Source: an uncultured Planctomycetaceae bacterium (GTDB lineage: Bacteria > Planctomycetota > Planctomycetia > Isosphaerales > Isosphaeraceae). Taken from it: a stretch of DNA of 64,000 nt. The number at the start of each line of letters is the position of its first letter. Positions within the stretch are counted from its first letter, which is position 1. A model generated the notes under the pieces. That model did not search any database, was not told the DNA's origin, and saw only the letters and a program-made list of their open reading frames with translations. Position numbers and translations under genes: made by a program. Location: the NCBI GenBank assembly GCA_963833985.1, contig CAWIAD010000002.1, forward strand, positions 2,176,001 through 2,240,000, written 5' to 3'. This document shows positions 9,292 to 22,218 of the stretch, one piece after another.

Positions 9292-10306
9292 CCACGGTTT
9301 CAGCCCCCAGCCCGGGCTCCCCCCCGGCGCGGCCGCCGCCTCTGCACCGGACAGCCCGCTCTCCTCGTGGACGCGCAAGCATTTGCTGGGTCTGGAGGAG
9401 CTTTCGGCCGAGGAGATCATGGCGATCCTGGAAACCGCGGAATCGTTCGCCGAGATCTCGACGCGGAGCCGCAAGAAGGTTCCCGCAATGCAAGGCCGCA
9501 TCGTCTTCAACCTGTTCTTCGAGAACTCCACCCGCACCCGCACCAGCTTCAGCCTCGCCGCCAAGCGTCTTTCCGCGGACACCCAGGACTTCTCGGCCAG
9601 CGCGTCGAGCATCTCCAAGGGTGAGACCTTCATCGACACGGCCAAGAACATCGAGGCCATGGGCGCCGACGTGATGGTGGTGCGGCACCCGACACCCGGC
9701 GCCCCGCACCTGCTGGCCCAGCACGTGAAGGCCTCGATCATCAACGCCGGCGACGGGGCCCACGAGCATCCCACGCAGGGACTGCTCGACCTGATGACCA
9801 TCCGCAAGGCCAAGGGCAGGATCCAGGGCCTGACCGTCGGATTGCTGGGCGACATCGCGCACTCGCGGGTGGCGCGGTCGAATATCTGGGGCCTCCAGAA
9901 GCTGGGGGCCAAAGTCATCCTGTGCGGGCCGCCCACGCTCGTGCCCCGGTCGATGGAGCGCCTGGGCTGCGAGGTGGCCCATCGCCTCGACGACATCCTC
10001 CCCCGATGCGACGTCGTCAACGTGCTGCGCATTCAGTTCGAGCGCCAGCAGGGGGGCCTCTTCCCCTCGGTCAGTGAATATTCGCACTTTTATATGATGA
10101 CTCAAGAACGAATCAAGCTGGCCCGCCCGGACCTGCTCATCCTGGCTCCCGGGCCGATCAACCGGGGCGTCGAGCTGACGCCCGAAGTGGCCGACGGCAA
10201 GCATTCCGCCATCCTTGACCAGGTGACCAACGGCCTGGCGGTCCGCATGGCGGTGCTGTACCTCTTGAGCGGGAAGATGGAGGTCAGGGGGCTGACGCAC
10301 GATTGA
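9288..10306 (+). CDS. pyrB: Aspartate carbamoyltransferase catalytic subunit, apparent frameshift in the C-run 9319-9325
   Basis: Motifs [25 protein letters not shown] and [12 protein letters not shown] 9288 overlaps the pyrR stop and joins the ATCase frame if the C7 run is C8. Confidence 0.9.
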
Positions 10307-10431
10307 ACGCCACACGGTTGACCGTGCCGGCCAGCCGTCGCAGCGATGACTCCCGCCGGAACCTACTCCCATACCGTTGGATCGGATCGGACAGATCCGA
10401 CCTGCGCCCCACCAGCAGAAGGCAACCAGCC

Positions 10432-11759
10432 ATGGCCAAAGACGCCTTGCCGACCATCCGGATCGCGGGCGGCCGGATCATCGACCCGAGCCAGGAGCGC
10501 GACGAGACCGGCGATCTCTGGATCAGCCGGGGGCATATCCTGCCGGCCGGGGCCGGTTACGAAGAGGCCGAGATCGTCATCGACGCGCGCGGGCTGATCA
10601 TCTGCCCCGGGCTGATCGACGTGCACGTTCACCTGCGTGAGCCGGGGAACGAGGAAGATGAGACGATCGCCAGCGGTGCAGCAGCTGCGCTGGCGGGCGG
10701 GGTCACTTCCGTGGCGTGCATGCCCAACACCCTTCCGTCCATCGACAGCCAGGCCGCCGCCGAGTTCGTGGTGCTCCAGGGCCAGCGTGCGCGGCAGGCG
10801 AACGTTTATCCCGTCGGCGCCGTGAGCAAGGGCGCAAGGGCGAAGAGCTAGCAAGCCTGGGGCAGCTCGTGGCTGGCGGCGCCGTGGCCTTCACGGATGA
10901 CGGTGCTCCGGTGGCCTCCGCAGCGCTCATGCGCCGCGCCCTGGAATACTCCAGGATGTTCGACCGCGTGATCATGCAGCATTGCCAGGTTCCCGAACTG
11001 ACCGTGGGCGGCGTGATGAACGAAGGGTTCGAGTCGATGCGGCTGGGGCTGGCCGGCATGCCCGACGCGGCCGAGGACATCATGGTCGCCCGCGACATCC
11101 GCCTGGCGGAGATCACCCGCGGCCGGCTGCACATCCAGCACATCTCGACGGCGCGGTCGGTGGAGCTGGTTCGCGAAGGGAAGCGGCGCGGAGTGAAGGT
11201 GACTGCCGAGGCGTGCCCGCACCATTTCACGCTCACCGACGAGCGGCTGCGCACCTTCGACTCCAACTACAAGATGAACCCGCCCCTGCGCACCTGGTCG
11301 GACGTCGAGGCGGTGCTCGGCGGCCTCAAGGACGGCACCATCGAGGTGCTCGCCACCGACCACGCCCCGCACGCGCCCGAGAAGAAGATGCGCGAGCTGG
11401 ACCAGGCCCCCTTCGGCATCATTGGCCTGGAGACGCTGGTGCCGATCGTCGCAACGTACCTGGTCGATCCCGGCCACCTGACGTGGTCGGAGGCCATCCG
11501 CAAACTGACGATCAACCCGGCCCAACTCCTGGGGATACCCAAGGGCACTCTCAGGGCAGGGGCTGACGCGGATGTCACCCTGCTGGATCCTGCCACGCGC
11601 TGGACCATCGATCCGGCGCAGTTCCGCTCGCGCAGCCGAAACTGCCCGTTTGCGGGCTGGGAAGTTCGCGGCCGGGCGCACACCGTGATCGTCGGCGGCG
11701 AGGTGCGGTTCACGCTCGGAGGCATCGTCCAGCAGGCGGGGGTCATGGCCGCCTCTTGA
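10432..11759 (+). CDS. pyrC: Dihydroorotase, apparent frameshift at ~10831
   Basis: [10 protein letters not shown] and CMPNT in one frame, then KMNPPLR and ATDHAPH in the second. VSKG/RKGEEL is restored by one extra G. Confidence 0.9.
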
Positions 11760-11831
11760 AAACCGTACCGGGTGTCGCCTACATTTCCAGTAGGGAATCT
11801 CTGATCCGGCTGATGCTTCAAGCGACGGCCT

Positions 11832-12446
11832 TTGCTCATGCTCTGGCTCATCGACGGCTACAATTTGATGCACGCCGCCGGCGCTGTGGACAGCAGTGCA
11901 CCGAGCCGTAAAGTCTTTGCACGCAAGCGGCGAAGGTTCCTGATCGACCTGGCCGACGCCCTGGGACAGGAGCGATGCCGGGAGACGACGGTCGTGCTCG
12001 ACGCGAACTCGCCGCCGGCCGACTTTCCCCTCGAAAGCGACTACCAGGGCTTGCACCTGATCTTCGCACTTGGCGATGAGAGCGCCGACGCCCGTATCGA
12101 GACCCTGATTGCCGCGCATTCCGCCCCCAAGTCGCTCACTGTGGTCTCGTCCGACCGGAGGGTCCGCCGCGCGGCCAGCCGGCGGCGGGCGAGAGCCTTG
12201 AGCGCCGACGAGTTCCTCGATCTGCTCGACCGGTTCAAGTTCGACCGGAAAGCTCCGCCGGTGAACCCGCTACCCTCCGCGCAAGCTGATGTCGCGCTCA
12301 CGCCCGAGGAGCGGGCTTACTGGCTGGAACAGTTTGCGGGCGTTGACGCCTCTCCAGAAGCCAGGGAAGGCCCTGCGAACCCGCCCGTCCTCTTGACCGA
12401 CGCCGATATTGCCCGGATTCAACAGGAGATTGACAGCGAAGCGTGA
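11832..12446 (+). CDS. NYN domain (YacP-like) protein
   Basis: Motifs LIDGYNLM, VVLD, ESADARI and VVSSDRRV. Confidence 0.75.
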   Translation: MLMLWLIDGYNLMHAAGAVDSSAPSRKVFARKRRRFLIDLADALGQERCRETTVVLDANSPPADFPLESDYQGLHLIFALGDESADARIETLIAAHSAPKSLTVVSSDRRVRRAASRRRARALSADEFLDLLDRFKFDRKAPPVNPLPSAQADVALTPEERAYWLEQFAGVDASPEAREGPANPPVLLTDADIARIQQEIDSEA

Positions 12447-12512
12447 TGCCCTTATGGTGACCTGAGATCATGCATCCTGCTTCGTACGTCTCTTCGCATC
12501 CGGGGGTCGAAC

Positions 12513-15484
12513 ATGGGTCAGGCGACGGGTCGCGCAATGCGGGGCGCTGAGCCCTGCCGATGGGGTCAAATTGCCGTTGTTCTGGGGCTGGTGCTCGCTC
12601 TCGCCGGCGACGCACTGGCGCAGCGAGTGCCGCGCCGCCCGCAGCGCGGTCGGCCGTCACCCGGCATGAACCGGGGCGCGGCTGCACCCGCTCCGGCAAA
12701 TCGACCCCCTGCTACAACTCCGGCGGCGCGCACGAATGCCCCGGAAGGCTCATCCGCCCCGATCAAGAACCTGGCTGATCCCAATGCTCCCGCACCCTCG
12801 CTGTGGCAGGTGAAGCCGGACCCGGCCCGCGAGCAGCCCGCCCCGATCACCCAGGAGGTCACGCTCCGCGTGCCCCCCAGCTTCTTCGGCGGCGAGGTGG
12901 TCTTTCCTTCCGCGCCCAGCACCTTTGTCGCGCTCGGCCGCAACGGCGACCAGCGCGACCTGCGCGAGATCTGGGACCTGGCAACGCGGAAACGGGTGGG
13001 AGCGATTCGTGGCGATGTGAAGCTGGACAGGCCTCAAGCCCTGAGCGCGGATGGCACCCTCTTCGCCGGCAAGGCAGACCGCAGCTTCACCGTCTACGAA
13101 ACCAGGGCCGGCCGGCTGCTGGCACAGCTCCGTGTCGATTCGCCCTTTGCCGATTACGTCGATTTTGCTGGTGAAGGCCAGGTCATCACCGGCAACTGCG
13201 GCGACCGCCGGTTCGAGGTCTGGGACCTCAAGACCCAGACCTCGTCCGTGGAGATCTCGCCCCGGGAGCGCGTGGCGAAGGAATCGGTCGTGGTGAGCCC
13301 GGGCCGGCATTTCCTGGCGATGATCGGCGCCAACACGCTCTGGGTCTACGACGTTGCGACGGGCCGCAAGGTCGGCGAGGCACCTGTTCCGAAGAACGGG
13401 GCGTTCGACCTGAACTGCAAGGACCTGGTCTTTTCTCCGGACGGTGCCGAGCTGGCCGGCATCTTTGACTCGTTCGGCACGCACCTGCTCTGCTGGGACG
13501 TGGCCTCGGGCCGGCTGACCCACCAGTTCAAGTACGACGACAAGAGCGGCATCAAGATGCCGCTAGGATTTGAAGGGATCGCTCTGGACTGGTTGACGGA
13601 CCGCTCCGCGTGGCTCCTGTTCGGCTCGGTTGTGGTGGACCATCAGTCGGGCCAGAAGACCTTCACGATCCCCAGCGACACTCCAGGCACGGACAAGGGG
13701 CCGCGGAAGATCGTTGGCAAGAACCTGGTGCTCATCACGGTGGGCGAGCCCCGCAACCGGATGGTCCGAAGCTACGTGTTGCCCACCGACGTCATCGCGC
13801 GGGCGTCAAAGCTGATCGCGGAAGGCGGCAGCGCAGCGGATGCGGCCTTGCCGCCCCTCTCGACGGCCGATCTCTCCGGTGCGCGGAGGGTCGCCGTTCA
13901 GGCGGCCGCGCCCGCATGGTCGGTGCGGATGGAAAGCACGCAGGCCCCGCTCGTCACGTCCCGGCGCTCGATCTCCGCGCAGCTTCCGGCCAATGAGGCG
14001 GTCGGGCTGCTCTTCAGCGGGGCTGGTGCCCATCAGGTTGCCATCGTCAGCCTGCCCGGCGGCGTGAACGCCTTCGATCCCAACCAGAATGACGGCAAGC
14101 CCCGGCGCCTGACCCGGTTCGACGCGTCCACGGGCAGGACCCTGGGGAGCACCGAGGTTTCCCCTCTGTGCGATCCCGTGTCCCTGAGCCCGGACGGCAC
14201 GCGCGTGCTCACGCTCGACGGACGCGAGCGCCGCCGGATCGACGTCTACCAGACGGCTGGCGCGGGCCACGTGGCCGGCTGGCGGCCCTACGAGAAGGAG
14301 CAGTCCGACAACGAGAAAGCCGTGCTCTGGGCCGATTTCCTTACGCCGGATCGTGTCCTGACCGTCAACGGGTCGGGGATGCTCGTGCTCTGGTCGCTGC
14401 CGGACTGCAAGGCCGTGTACGTGGCGGAAGGGGCCTGCGAGGGCGCACCGGTGCTGGACCCGTCCCGAAGGTACCTGGCTGCCTACCTGGGCGGAACGTT
14501 CCGGGTGCTGAAGGCCGACACGGGCAAGCTCGCGGGCGAGGCCCAGGCCCCGGCCTCGGCCGGTTCCGGCAAGTCCGTCCTCACGGGCGCCGCGTTTCAG
14601 GCCGATGGGGCAGGACTCGTGGCGCTCATCGGCGGCCAGCATGTGGTGCGCTGGAACTTTGCCACCGGTAAGCTGACGGCTGACTTTCCCATTCCCATGA
14701 CCATCAGTCCGGGCGCGGGCTCGCATCACGCGGCCGTCGAGGCGTGCGACGCGAGCCACGCCTTGCTCGACGGCCGGATCCTCGTCGACCTGGAGAAGCG
14801 GTCGCACGTCTGGTCCTACTTCGGCCCGACCGTCTCCTCCGGTGGCCCGGACGGCCGGCACTGGTACGTGGCCGGACTGAACACCCAGCCCGCGACCATC
14901 ATGCCGCTGAGCTTGCCGGAAGAGAACGTGAACCGCGTGGTGGCCATGGTGAACGATCCGGCCGTGGCCTCGTCGCTGCGCGTCGGCATGCCGGTGGGAG
15001 TTCAACTCGAGCTCGGAGGCCCACCTCGAAACAACGGCGAGTTCAAGCGCACCGTGACCGAAAGCCTGAACGCCAAGCTGAAGGCCAACGGCATGACACC
15101 GTCCCCCTCAGCCCCGCGCGGTTCGTCGTCCACGTCGATGAGAAGAACACGGGCAAAGCCGTGAACTATAACGAGTTCGGCGACAGCCATTTTTCCAGCC
15201 CGCGGGGCAGCATCGCGATCACCAACCTGGTGTGCAATGTGTACTTTGCAGACGGCCAGGGCCGTATCCCGATCGCCCCCGAGCAGTCCTTCGGTCTGCT
15301 CCAGGGCTTCCGGCGGATCTACCGGATCCCGCAAGGCGAGACGCTGGAAACCTATCTCAAGGGGAACCAGTGGGGCCATGTCCGGCAATTCGTGGGCGGC
15401 ATCGGCCTGCCGTACTTCATCGCACGGCAGGCCGGCGGGGTGGCCACTCTGCCGGGTTCTACCGATTTAAACGCGGTGCGATAG
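12513..15484 (+). CDS. Large secreted WD40/beta-propeller protein, apparent frameshift at ~15105
   Basis: Signal-like hydrophobic segment, Pro-rich linker and repeated SPDG/WD-like units in two blocks. The C-terminus continues in ORF 14744-15484. Confidence 0.6.
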
Positions 15485-17526
15485 AGCGGATGGGGTTGCC
15501 TTCAAGCTTCGTCACCTTGCCGTCACGGACCACGAATTGCTCCTGACCGGCGTTGATGAGGTCGCCGTTCTGGAGGCCAAGCCCTTCGTAGCCGAACTGC
15601 TGCGGATCGAGGGGCTTGTTGACCTCACACTGCAGCAGGGAAGCCATGGTCTGATAAGGCGGCGCTCCGCCCGGATCGTAGGACGTGGTCCGGACCACCT
15701 GAGGTATGTAGATACCGTCAATCTGTTCCCACTTCCACTCGGTGCAGTCGCCAAGCTTGCCGTCGGGCCGTCCCCAGGCGGAGAATCTGACCACCGGGTT
15801 ATAGCCTTCCCGCGGACTCCAGACCGAGACGATATAAAGGTCCGATGCACCGCCAGCCGCCGGACTTCTCGTCTGCTGCCAGTACCACCGACCGCCCGGT
15901 CCCTCGGCCTGGCGTATATTCAATCCGCGTTCAACCCTCTGCCGTTGCTCTTCTCCGTGCTTTCCTTTGAGGCGGCTGAGATTGGCCTCGGTCTCGGTCC
16001 AGAGATAATAAGACGGACCATAGGCGTAGAAACCGCGCGGGTCGGTGAACCTCGGCTCGCGCACCGCCTCCTGCGCTGGCATGGAGAGGGCTTGCCGTCC
16101 GGACACCGCTCGGGGCTCGCCCGGCGCGGACACAAGCCTCGTGTGATTGTCTCGATAAAGTACGAGATACCGGTCGGCCGTCGTGATCGATCGCGTGTCG
16201 TGACCGAGCTGGGGGCCCTCGGAAGGCTCGTGCGTGCGCGAATGGACGTAGCGGCTGGACTTCGTGTCGCGGCTGCGGAAGACGCTGCCCGAGGCGGTGT
16301 CCACCGCGAAGTCGATGGTGAACTCCAGCTCGTGGGTGAGGGGTTCAATCTTGCCGGTTCTCCCGGGAAAGCTCGCCAGGAACTTCTCGCTCAGGGGCTC
16401 GGACACCAGGAAATCGTAGGAGCCTTTCCAGGTTTTGATGTTTTCATAATTCGCCCTGGACCTTGCTGCCAGCAGCTCCAGGACCCGGAGTTTGTCTTGT
16501 GCCGGGACCGTGGTCCAGACCAGGCCCTTCGGCACCAGAGCGCTCTTGCTCAGCACGGGGTGCCGGGTAATGTCAACGGGATCTTGCCCGGCCGGGGCAC
16601 CGGTCGGCATCGCGGCCTGGGCCGTCGCGCCTTGATCGTGTGTTTGCTGGTAGACGACGCCGGCGCCGGTCGCTACGCGCACTGAACATGATGACGGCCG
16701 CGGCCGCCATCTTGAGTTTGGTCAGGAACATGGTTCGCAAGACTCCTTCAGTCATCTGGAGGGTGCCGGCCGAGATGGCGATGGTTCCGGCACTCTCGTG
16801 CAGAACCGAGGCGACGGCGGCCCGGATCACGGCGCCTGCGAGTGCGGGAGGAACGGCGGCCTCGGCGGTCTGAGTGGCCAGTCCGGCGCCCAGCAGTCCT
16901 GCGGGCAGCGTCAGGCCGCGGCGGGTGAGCCTGGCCTTCAACTGCTCGCGAGCCCGGGAGAGACGCGACAGGACGGTCCCCTGAGGACAGCCCAGGCGCT
17001 GGGCGGCAGCTTCCGTGCTCATGCCTTCGAGGTAGCAGAGGACGACTGGCTCCCGGTATTTCTCCGGCAGCCGCCCCAGCTCCTCGTGCAGTTCGGGCCA
17101 GCACTCCGGCTCGCTCGTGGCCTTGCACCGCTGCGACATTTCCATGGCTGCCCACCGCTGTTCGTGCGACCGCCTCCGCGCCGCGTCGGCACGAGCCCGC
17201 TGCGCCACGCGGAGGGCGATCCCATAAAGCCAGCTAGCCACCGAGCCACGCTTCCGGACCGTGCCCGCCTTGCGGGCCAGCACCAGGAACGTGGCCTGGA
17301 ATGCGTCCTCGGCCTCATCGGTATTGCCCAGGATCTGCCGGCAGACGCGCAGCACCATCGGCCCGTGCCGATCGACGAGTGCCGCGAAGCCAGCCTCGGC
17401 GCTTTCCCGTTTTCCCGCCAGGAACGTCTCCAGGAGCTGGCCGTCACTCAGGTTGGCGACCACTCCCAGCGTGCAGAGCGCGGGTAGATGAGTGTGGGAA
17501 ACTCTGCTTGCCGATTTGCTGGTCAT
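15459..17526 (-). CDS. Planctomycete-type ECF sigma-70 factor with long C-terminal extension, apparent frameshift at ~16680
   Basis: SDGQLL..F, RHGPMVLRVCR, AEDAFQATFLVLARKA, LPEKYREPVVLCYLEG and GTVLSRLSRAR. A TM helix after MFLTKLK continues in ORF 15459-16682. Confidence 0.8.
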
Positions 17527-17629
17527 CCGCCCGGCTCCCTCGTCCCCGTCTCGCATGCGAGGTAGTGCCGGGAGGCGAGATTGCTATTCCAACCTTTTTC
17601 CGGGAGCCGGCCGAATGCGTTCTCGCCCG

Positions 17630-18649
17630 TCACGTCGAAGCGTTCTTCTCACGGTGGCCGCCGAACTGGAAACGCATGGCGGAGAGCAGCTTATCCTGAA
17701 AATCGGCCTCACCGCGCGACGAGAACCGCTCATAAAGGGCCGTGCTCAGAACGGGCACGGGGACGGCCTCATCGATGGCCGCCTTGATGGTCCAGCGGCC
17801 CTCGCCGGAATCGGAGACCTGGCCGGCGAACTCGGAGAGATCGGCGTCGGCCGCCAGCGCGGTGGCCGTGAGGTCCAGCAGCCAGGAGGCGATCACGCTC
17901 CCACGCCGCCAGACCTCGGCCACGTCGGCCATCTGGAAATCGTACTGATACAGCCCGGGCTCGCGGAGAGGCGTGGTCTCGGCGTCAATCTCGTGCTGCC
18001 GCTTGCCGATGTTCGCGCTTTTCAGGACGGCAAGGCCCTCGGCATAGGCGGCCATCACACCATACTCGATGCCGTTGTGAACCATCTTGACGAAGTGCCC
18101 CGCGCCGGGTGGGCCGCAATGCAGGTAGCCCTCCTCGGCAGTGCCGCCCAGCTTGTCGCGTCCCGGCGTACGCGCGATGTTGCCCAGCCCGGGGGCGAGC
18201 GTCTTGAAGACGGGGTCCAGGTGCTTCACGGCTGCTTCGGAGCCGCCGATCATCATGCAGTACCCGCGCTCCAGGCCCCAGACGCCTCCACTGGTTCCGA
18301 CGTCGATGTAGCTGATCTTCCGGGTGGCCAGATCGCCGGCCCTGCGGATATCGTCGACATAGTACGAGTTGCCGCCGTCGACGAGAATGTCGCCGGCTTC
18401 CAGCAGCGGTGCCAGGCTGGCGATCGTTGCGTCGACAGCAGCCGCGGGAACCATCAGCCAGACCGCGCGCGGCCGCTCGAGCTGCTTCACGAACGCCTCC
18501 AGCGACGAGGCGCCGAGCGCTTTTTCCTTCACGAGCTGCTCGATGGCTTCGGGACTCCGGTCGTGCACCACGCACGAGTGGCCGCCCCGGAGCAGCCTCC
18601 GCACCATGTTCGCGCCCATCCGGCCCAGGCCGATCATCCCGAGTTGCAT
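17630..18649 (-). CDS. gnd: 6-phosphogluconate dehydrogenase, decarboxylating (short type)
   Basis: Motifs MQLGMIGLGRMG, DGGNS, GHFVKMVHNGIEYG and SAMRFQFGGH. Confidence 0.92.
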   Translation of the reverse strand: MQLGMIGLGRMGANMVRRLLRGGHSCVVHDRSPEAIEQLVKEKALGASSLEAFVKQLERPRAVWLMVPAAAVDATIASLAPLLEAGDILVDGGNSYYVDDIRRAGDLATRKISYIDVGTSGGVWGLERGYCMMIGGSEAAVKHLDPVFKTLAPGLGNIARTPGRDKLGGTAEEGYLHCGPPGAGHFVKMVHNGIEYGVMAAYAEGLAVLKSANIGKRQHEIDAETTPLREPGLYQYDFQMADVAEVWRRGSVIASWLLDLTATALAADADLSEFAGQVSDSGEGRWTIKAAIDEAVPVPVLSTALYERFSSRGEADFQDKLLSAMRFQFGGHREKNAST

Positions 18650-18695
18650 CGCTAGCTCCCTTCCCGCGTGTCGCGGAGTGCCTGGTGCTGTCGCC

Positions 18696-20342
18696 TTAGC
18701 CGGCCTGTTGCTTGAGCTTGCGGTAACGGCGGATGAGGTTGTTCGTGGAGCCGTCGTGGTGCAGGTCCGGCTCCGTCTTGCTCTCCAGCTCGGGGATGAT
18801 CCGCTGGGCAAGGACCTTGCCCAGCTCGACGCCCCACTGATCGAAGGAGTCGATGTTCCAGATCACGCCCTGGGTGAAGACGTTGTGTTCGTACAAGGCA
18901 ATCAGCATGCCAAGCGTTGCGGGATCCAGCCGTTCGGCCAGAAGGGTGTTCGACGGACGGTTCCCCTCGAAGACGCGGTGCGGGACGAGCCAGTCCGGCG
19001 TTCCCTCGGCCTTGACCTCCTCGGCGGTTTTGCCGAAGGCCAGGGCCTCGGCCTGCGCGAAGACGTTGGCCATGAGCATGTCGTGGTGGCGGGGCAGGGG
19101 GTCGAGCGACCGGGCGAAGGCGATGAAGTCGCAGGGGATGAGCTTCGTCCCCTGGTGGATCATCTGGTAGAACGAGTGCTGGCCGTTGGTGCCGGGCTCG
19201 CCCCAGTAGATGGGGCTGGTCTGGTAATCAACGACGGTCCCATCGAGCGTGACGTGCTTGCCGTTGCTCTCCATGGTGAGCTGCTGCAAGTAGGCCGGAA
19301 AGCGCTTCAGGTACTGCTCGTAGGGGAGCACGGCCACGGTCTGGGAGCCGAAGAAGTTGTTATACCAGATCGTCAAGAGCGCCATGAGGACCGGCAGATT
19401 CTTCTCGAACGGCGTGGTACGGAAATGCTCGTCCATGCGGTGAAAGCCGCCGAGCAGGGCCCGGAAGTTCTCCGGCCCGATGGCGAGCATCGTGGAGAGT
19501 CCGATCGCGGAATCCATGGAGTACCGCCCGCCGACCCAGTCCCAGAACTCGAACATGTTGGCCGTGTCGATGCCGAAAGCGGACACCTTGGCGGCATTGG
19601 TGGAGACGGCCACGAAATGCCGGGCCACGGCGCTTGCGTCTCCGCCCAGGCCTTGCAGCAGCCAGTCGCGGGCGCTGCCGGCGTTGGTCATCGTCTCCAG
19701 CGTGGTGAAGGTCTTCGACGAGACAATGAACAATGTCTCCGAGGGGTCGATGTCGCGGGTGGCTTCCGCCAGGTCGACGCCGTCCACGTTGGAGACGAAG
19801 CGGAAGTTCAGCTTGCGGTCGCTGTAATACCGGAGCGCCTCGTAGGCCATCACGGGGCCCAGGTCCGAGCCGCCGATGCCGATGTTGATGATGTTCCGCA
19901 TCGGCTTGCCGGTGTGACCCTTCCAGCTTCCGTTGCGCACCCGTTGGGAGAAATCCGCCATCTTGTCGAGCACGGCGTGGACGTGCGGTACGACGTTCTC
20001 GCCGTCGACCAGGATCGTGGCGTCTCTGGGAGTGCGCAGGGCCACGTGCAGGACGGATCGGTTCTCCGTCACGTTGATCTTTTCGCCCCGGAACATGGCG
20101 TCGATGCGGCCGCGTAGACCCACCTGCTCGGCCAGGATGAGCAGCAGCCTCAGGGTCTCGTCGGTGATCCGGTTCTTCGAGTAATCAAGGAACAGGCCGC
20201 CGGCCTCAACCGTCATTCGCTCGCCGCGGCCGGGGTCATCGGCAAACAGGCTGCGCAGGTGAAGGTTGCCCACGTCATGAAGGTGGTCGGCCAGAGCGCT
20301 CCAGGCCGGGCGGCTCTTGAGTGATTCCTGCTGGACCGTCAT
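18696..20342 (-). CDS. pgi: Glucose-6-phosphate isomerase
   Basis: Motifs [26 protein letters not shown] and [10 protein letters not shown]. Confidence 0.96.
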   Translation of the reverse strand: MTVQQESLKSRPAWSALADHLHDVGNLHLRSLFADDPGRGERMTVEAGGLFLDYSKNRITDETLRLLLILAEQVGLRGRIDAMFRGEKINVTENRSVLHVALRTPRDATILVDGENVVPHVHAVLDKMADFSQRVRNGSWKGHTGKPMRNIINIGIGGSDLGPVMAYEALRYYSDRKLNFRFVSNVDGVDLAEATRDIDPSETLFIVSSKTFTTLETMTNAGSARDWLLQGLGGDASAVARHFVAVSTNAAKVSAFGIDTANMFEFWDWVGGRYSMDSAIGLSTMLAIGPENFRALLGGFHRMDEHFRTTPFEKNLPVLMALLTIWYNNFFGSQTVAVLPYEQYLKRFPAYLQQLTMESNGKHVTLDGTVVDYQTSPIYWGEPGTNGQHSFYQMIHQGTKLIPCDFIAFARSLDPLPRHHDMLMANVFAQAEALAFGKTAEEVKAEGTPDWLVPHRVFEGNRPSNTLLAERLDPATLGMLIALYEHNVFTQGVIWNIDSFDQWGVELGKVLAQRIIPELESKTEPDLHHDGSTNNLIRRYRKLKQQAG

Positions 20343-20354
20343 CTGGTGTCCTTT

Positions 20355-20394
20355 CGAGGTCGATGTTCGGCTGGCGAGGTCGATGTTCGGCTGG
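20355..20394. repeat. Perfect 20-bp tandem duplication
   Basis: CGAGGTCGATGTTCGGCTGG occurs twice in the pgm-pgi spacer. Confidence 0.85.
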
Positions 20395-20409
20395 TTCGCG
20401 GCGCTTGCC

Positions 20410-22053
20410 TCAAGACTTCAGCGCCTTGTTCACGATGGTCTGCGCCTCGCTGACGATCTGTTCCAAATGGTGCTGGTCCTTGAAGCTCTCGGCATAAATC
20501 TTGTAGATATTCTCAGTGCCGGAAGGACGCGCCGCGAACCAGCCGCTGGAGCTGGTGACCTTGAGCCCGCCGATGGCCGCGCCGTTGCCCGGTGCGGTCG
20601 TGAGCTTGGCCGTGATCGGGTCGCCGGCCAGCTCCGAATCCTTCACGGCCTCAAGTGCGAGCTTCGAGAGCCGCGCCTTCTGCTCCGGCGTGGCCGCGGC
20701 GTCGATGCGCGTGTAATAAGGAGTGCCGAACTCCAGGGTTAGCTCGCGGTAATGCTCGCCGGGGTCGCTGCCGGTGCGCGCGGTGATCTCGGCGGCCAGC
20801 AGGTCCATGATCAGGCCGTCCTTGTCGGTCGTCCAGACGCTGCCGTCGCGCCGCAGGAAGCTTGCCCCCGCGCTCTCCTCACCACCGAAGCAGTACGACC
20901 CGTCGAAGAGCCCCGGCGCGAACCACTTGAAGCCCACCGGCACTTCCGAGAGCCGCCGGCACTGCTTCCGCACGACGTGATCGATCATGCTGCTGCTCAC
21001 CAGCGTCTTGCCCACCGCGGCATGCACCGGCCAGCGCGGCCGGTGGCACAGCAAGTAGCCGATGGCCGCGGCCAGGTAGTGGTTCGGATTCATGAGCCCG
21101 GCCGTGGGCGTGACGATGCCGTGCCGGTCCGAGTCCGGGTCGTTGGCGAAGGCGACCTGGTATCTGTCCTTCAGCTTCACCAGCCCCGCCATGGCATAGG
21201 GGCTGGAGCAATCCATGCGGATCTTGCCGTCGTGATCGACCATCATGAACGAGAACGTCGGGTCCACTTCCTGGTTCACCACCTCGAGGTTCAGGCCGTA
21301 GATGTTGGCGATGGGCTCCCAGTAGTGGACCGACGCGCCGCCGAGCGGATCGACGCCCAGCTTGAGCCCGGCCGAGACGATCGCCTCCATGTCGACGACG
21401 CTCTGGAGGTCGTTCACGTAAGGGATGATGAAATCGTCCTGGTGCGTGGTCGCAGCCATCAGAGCCGATGCCAGGGGCATGCGCTTGACGTCCGCGTTGC
21501 CGGATTCCAGCAGGGCGTTGGCCCGATTCTCGATCCATTTCGTCGCGTCGGTGTCGGCCGGACCGCCATTGGTGGGGTTGTACTTGAAGCCGCCGTCCTC
21601 GGGCGGATTGTGCGACGGCGTGATCACGATGCCGTCTGCGAGGTGCTCCGCGCGGCCATGGTTGTACACCAGGATGGCGCGAGAGATGACGGGTGTTGGC
21701 GTCACTCCGTCATCGCGCTGAATGATCGTGTCCACACGATTAGCCGCCAGCACCTCGAGTGCCGTGCGCTGGGCGGGAGACGACATCGCGTGCGTGTCCT
21801 TGCCCATGAACAGCGGCCCGGTGGTTCTCTCGCTCTGGCGGTAGTCGCAGATGGCCTGGGTGATGGCCAGGATGTGCGCCTCGGTGAACGTTCCATCCCG
21901 CGGCGTGCCCCGGTGGCCGCTGGTGCCGAAGCTGACCCGCTGGTTGCGGTTGCTCAGATCAGGCAGGCGTTCGAGGTATTCCCGTTCGAGCCGGGCGGGG
22001 TCGATCAGCATCTGCTTCAGTGCCGGCTTGCCCGCAAGTGGAGAGATCGCCAC
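20410..22053 (-). CDS. pgm: Phosphoglucomutase (alpha-D-glucose phosphate-specific)
   Basis: Motifs [25 protein letters not shown] and GGEESAG. Confidence 0.95.
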   Translation of the reverse strand: MAISPLAGKPALKQMLIDPARLEREYLERLPDLSNRNQRVSFGTSGHRGTPRDGTFTEAHILAITQAICDYRQSERTTGPLFMGKDTHAMSSPAQRTALEVLAANRVDTIIQRDDGVTPTPVISRAILVYNHGRAEHLADGIVITPSHNPPEDGGFKYNPTNGGPADTDATKWIENRANALLESGNADVKRMPLASALMAATTHQDDFIIPYVNDLQSVVDMEAIVSAGLKLGVDPLGGASVHYWEPIANIYGLNLEVVNQEVDPTFSFMMVDHDGKIRMDCSSPYAMAGLVKLKDRYQVAFANDPDSDRHGIVTPTAGLMNPNHYLAAAIGYLLCHRPRWPVHAAVGKTLVSSSMIDHVVRKQCRRLSEVPVGFKWFAPGLFDGSYCFGGEESAGASFLRRDGSVWTTDKDGLIMDLLAAEITARTGSDPGEHYRELTLEFGTPYYTRIDAAATPEQKARLSKLALEAVKDSELAGDPITAKLTTAPGNGAAIGGLKVTSSSGWFAARPSGTENIYKIYAESFKDQHHLEQIVSEAQTIVNKALKS

Positions 22054-22118
22054 GCGGCTGATCCTTTCTTTTCAAAGTTTCGCGGCACGGTTCGGGTGTG
22101 CTCCAGGAACGTATTCTA

Positions 22119-22218
22119 AATAGCTCCCCGTAAGAGGGAAAGTGTGGAACGGCCGCCCTCGGCCGTCCCGAGCCAGCCGAGGGCGGCTGGCCCACATTCC
22201 AAGAGGCGAGGATCTATT
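22119..22218. mobile_element. 100-bp MITE-like palindromic element, copy 2
   Basis: Same sequence as 7000-7099 with one T/C difference. TA lies at 22117-22118 and 22219-22220. The empty site is TTCTAGCA. Confidence 0.9.

Noticed and set aside
9288..11759. Programmed frameshifting or phase variation in pyrB/pyrC
   Set aside because: Similar indels occur in many unrelated genes in the window, so sequencing error is the simpler explanation.
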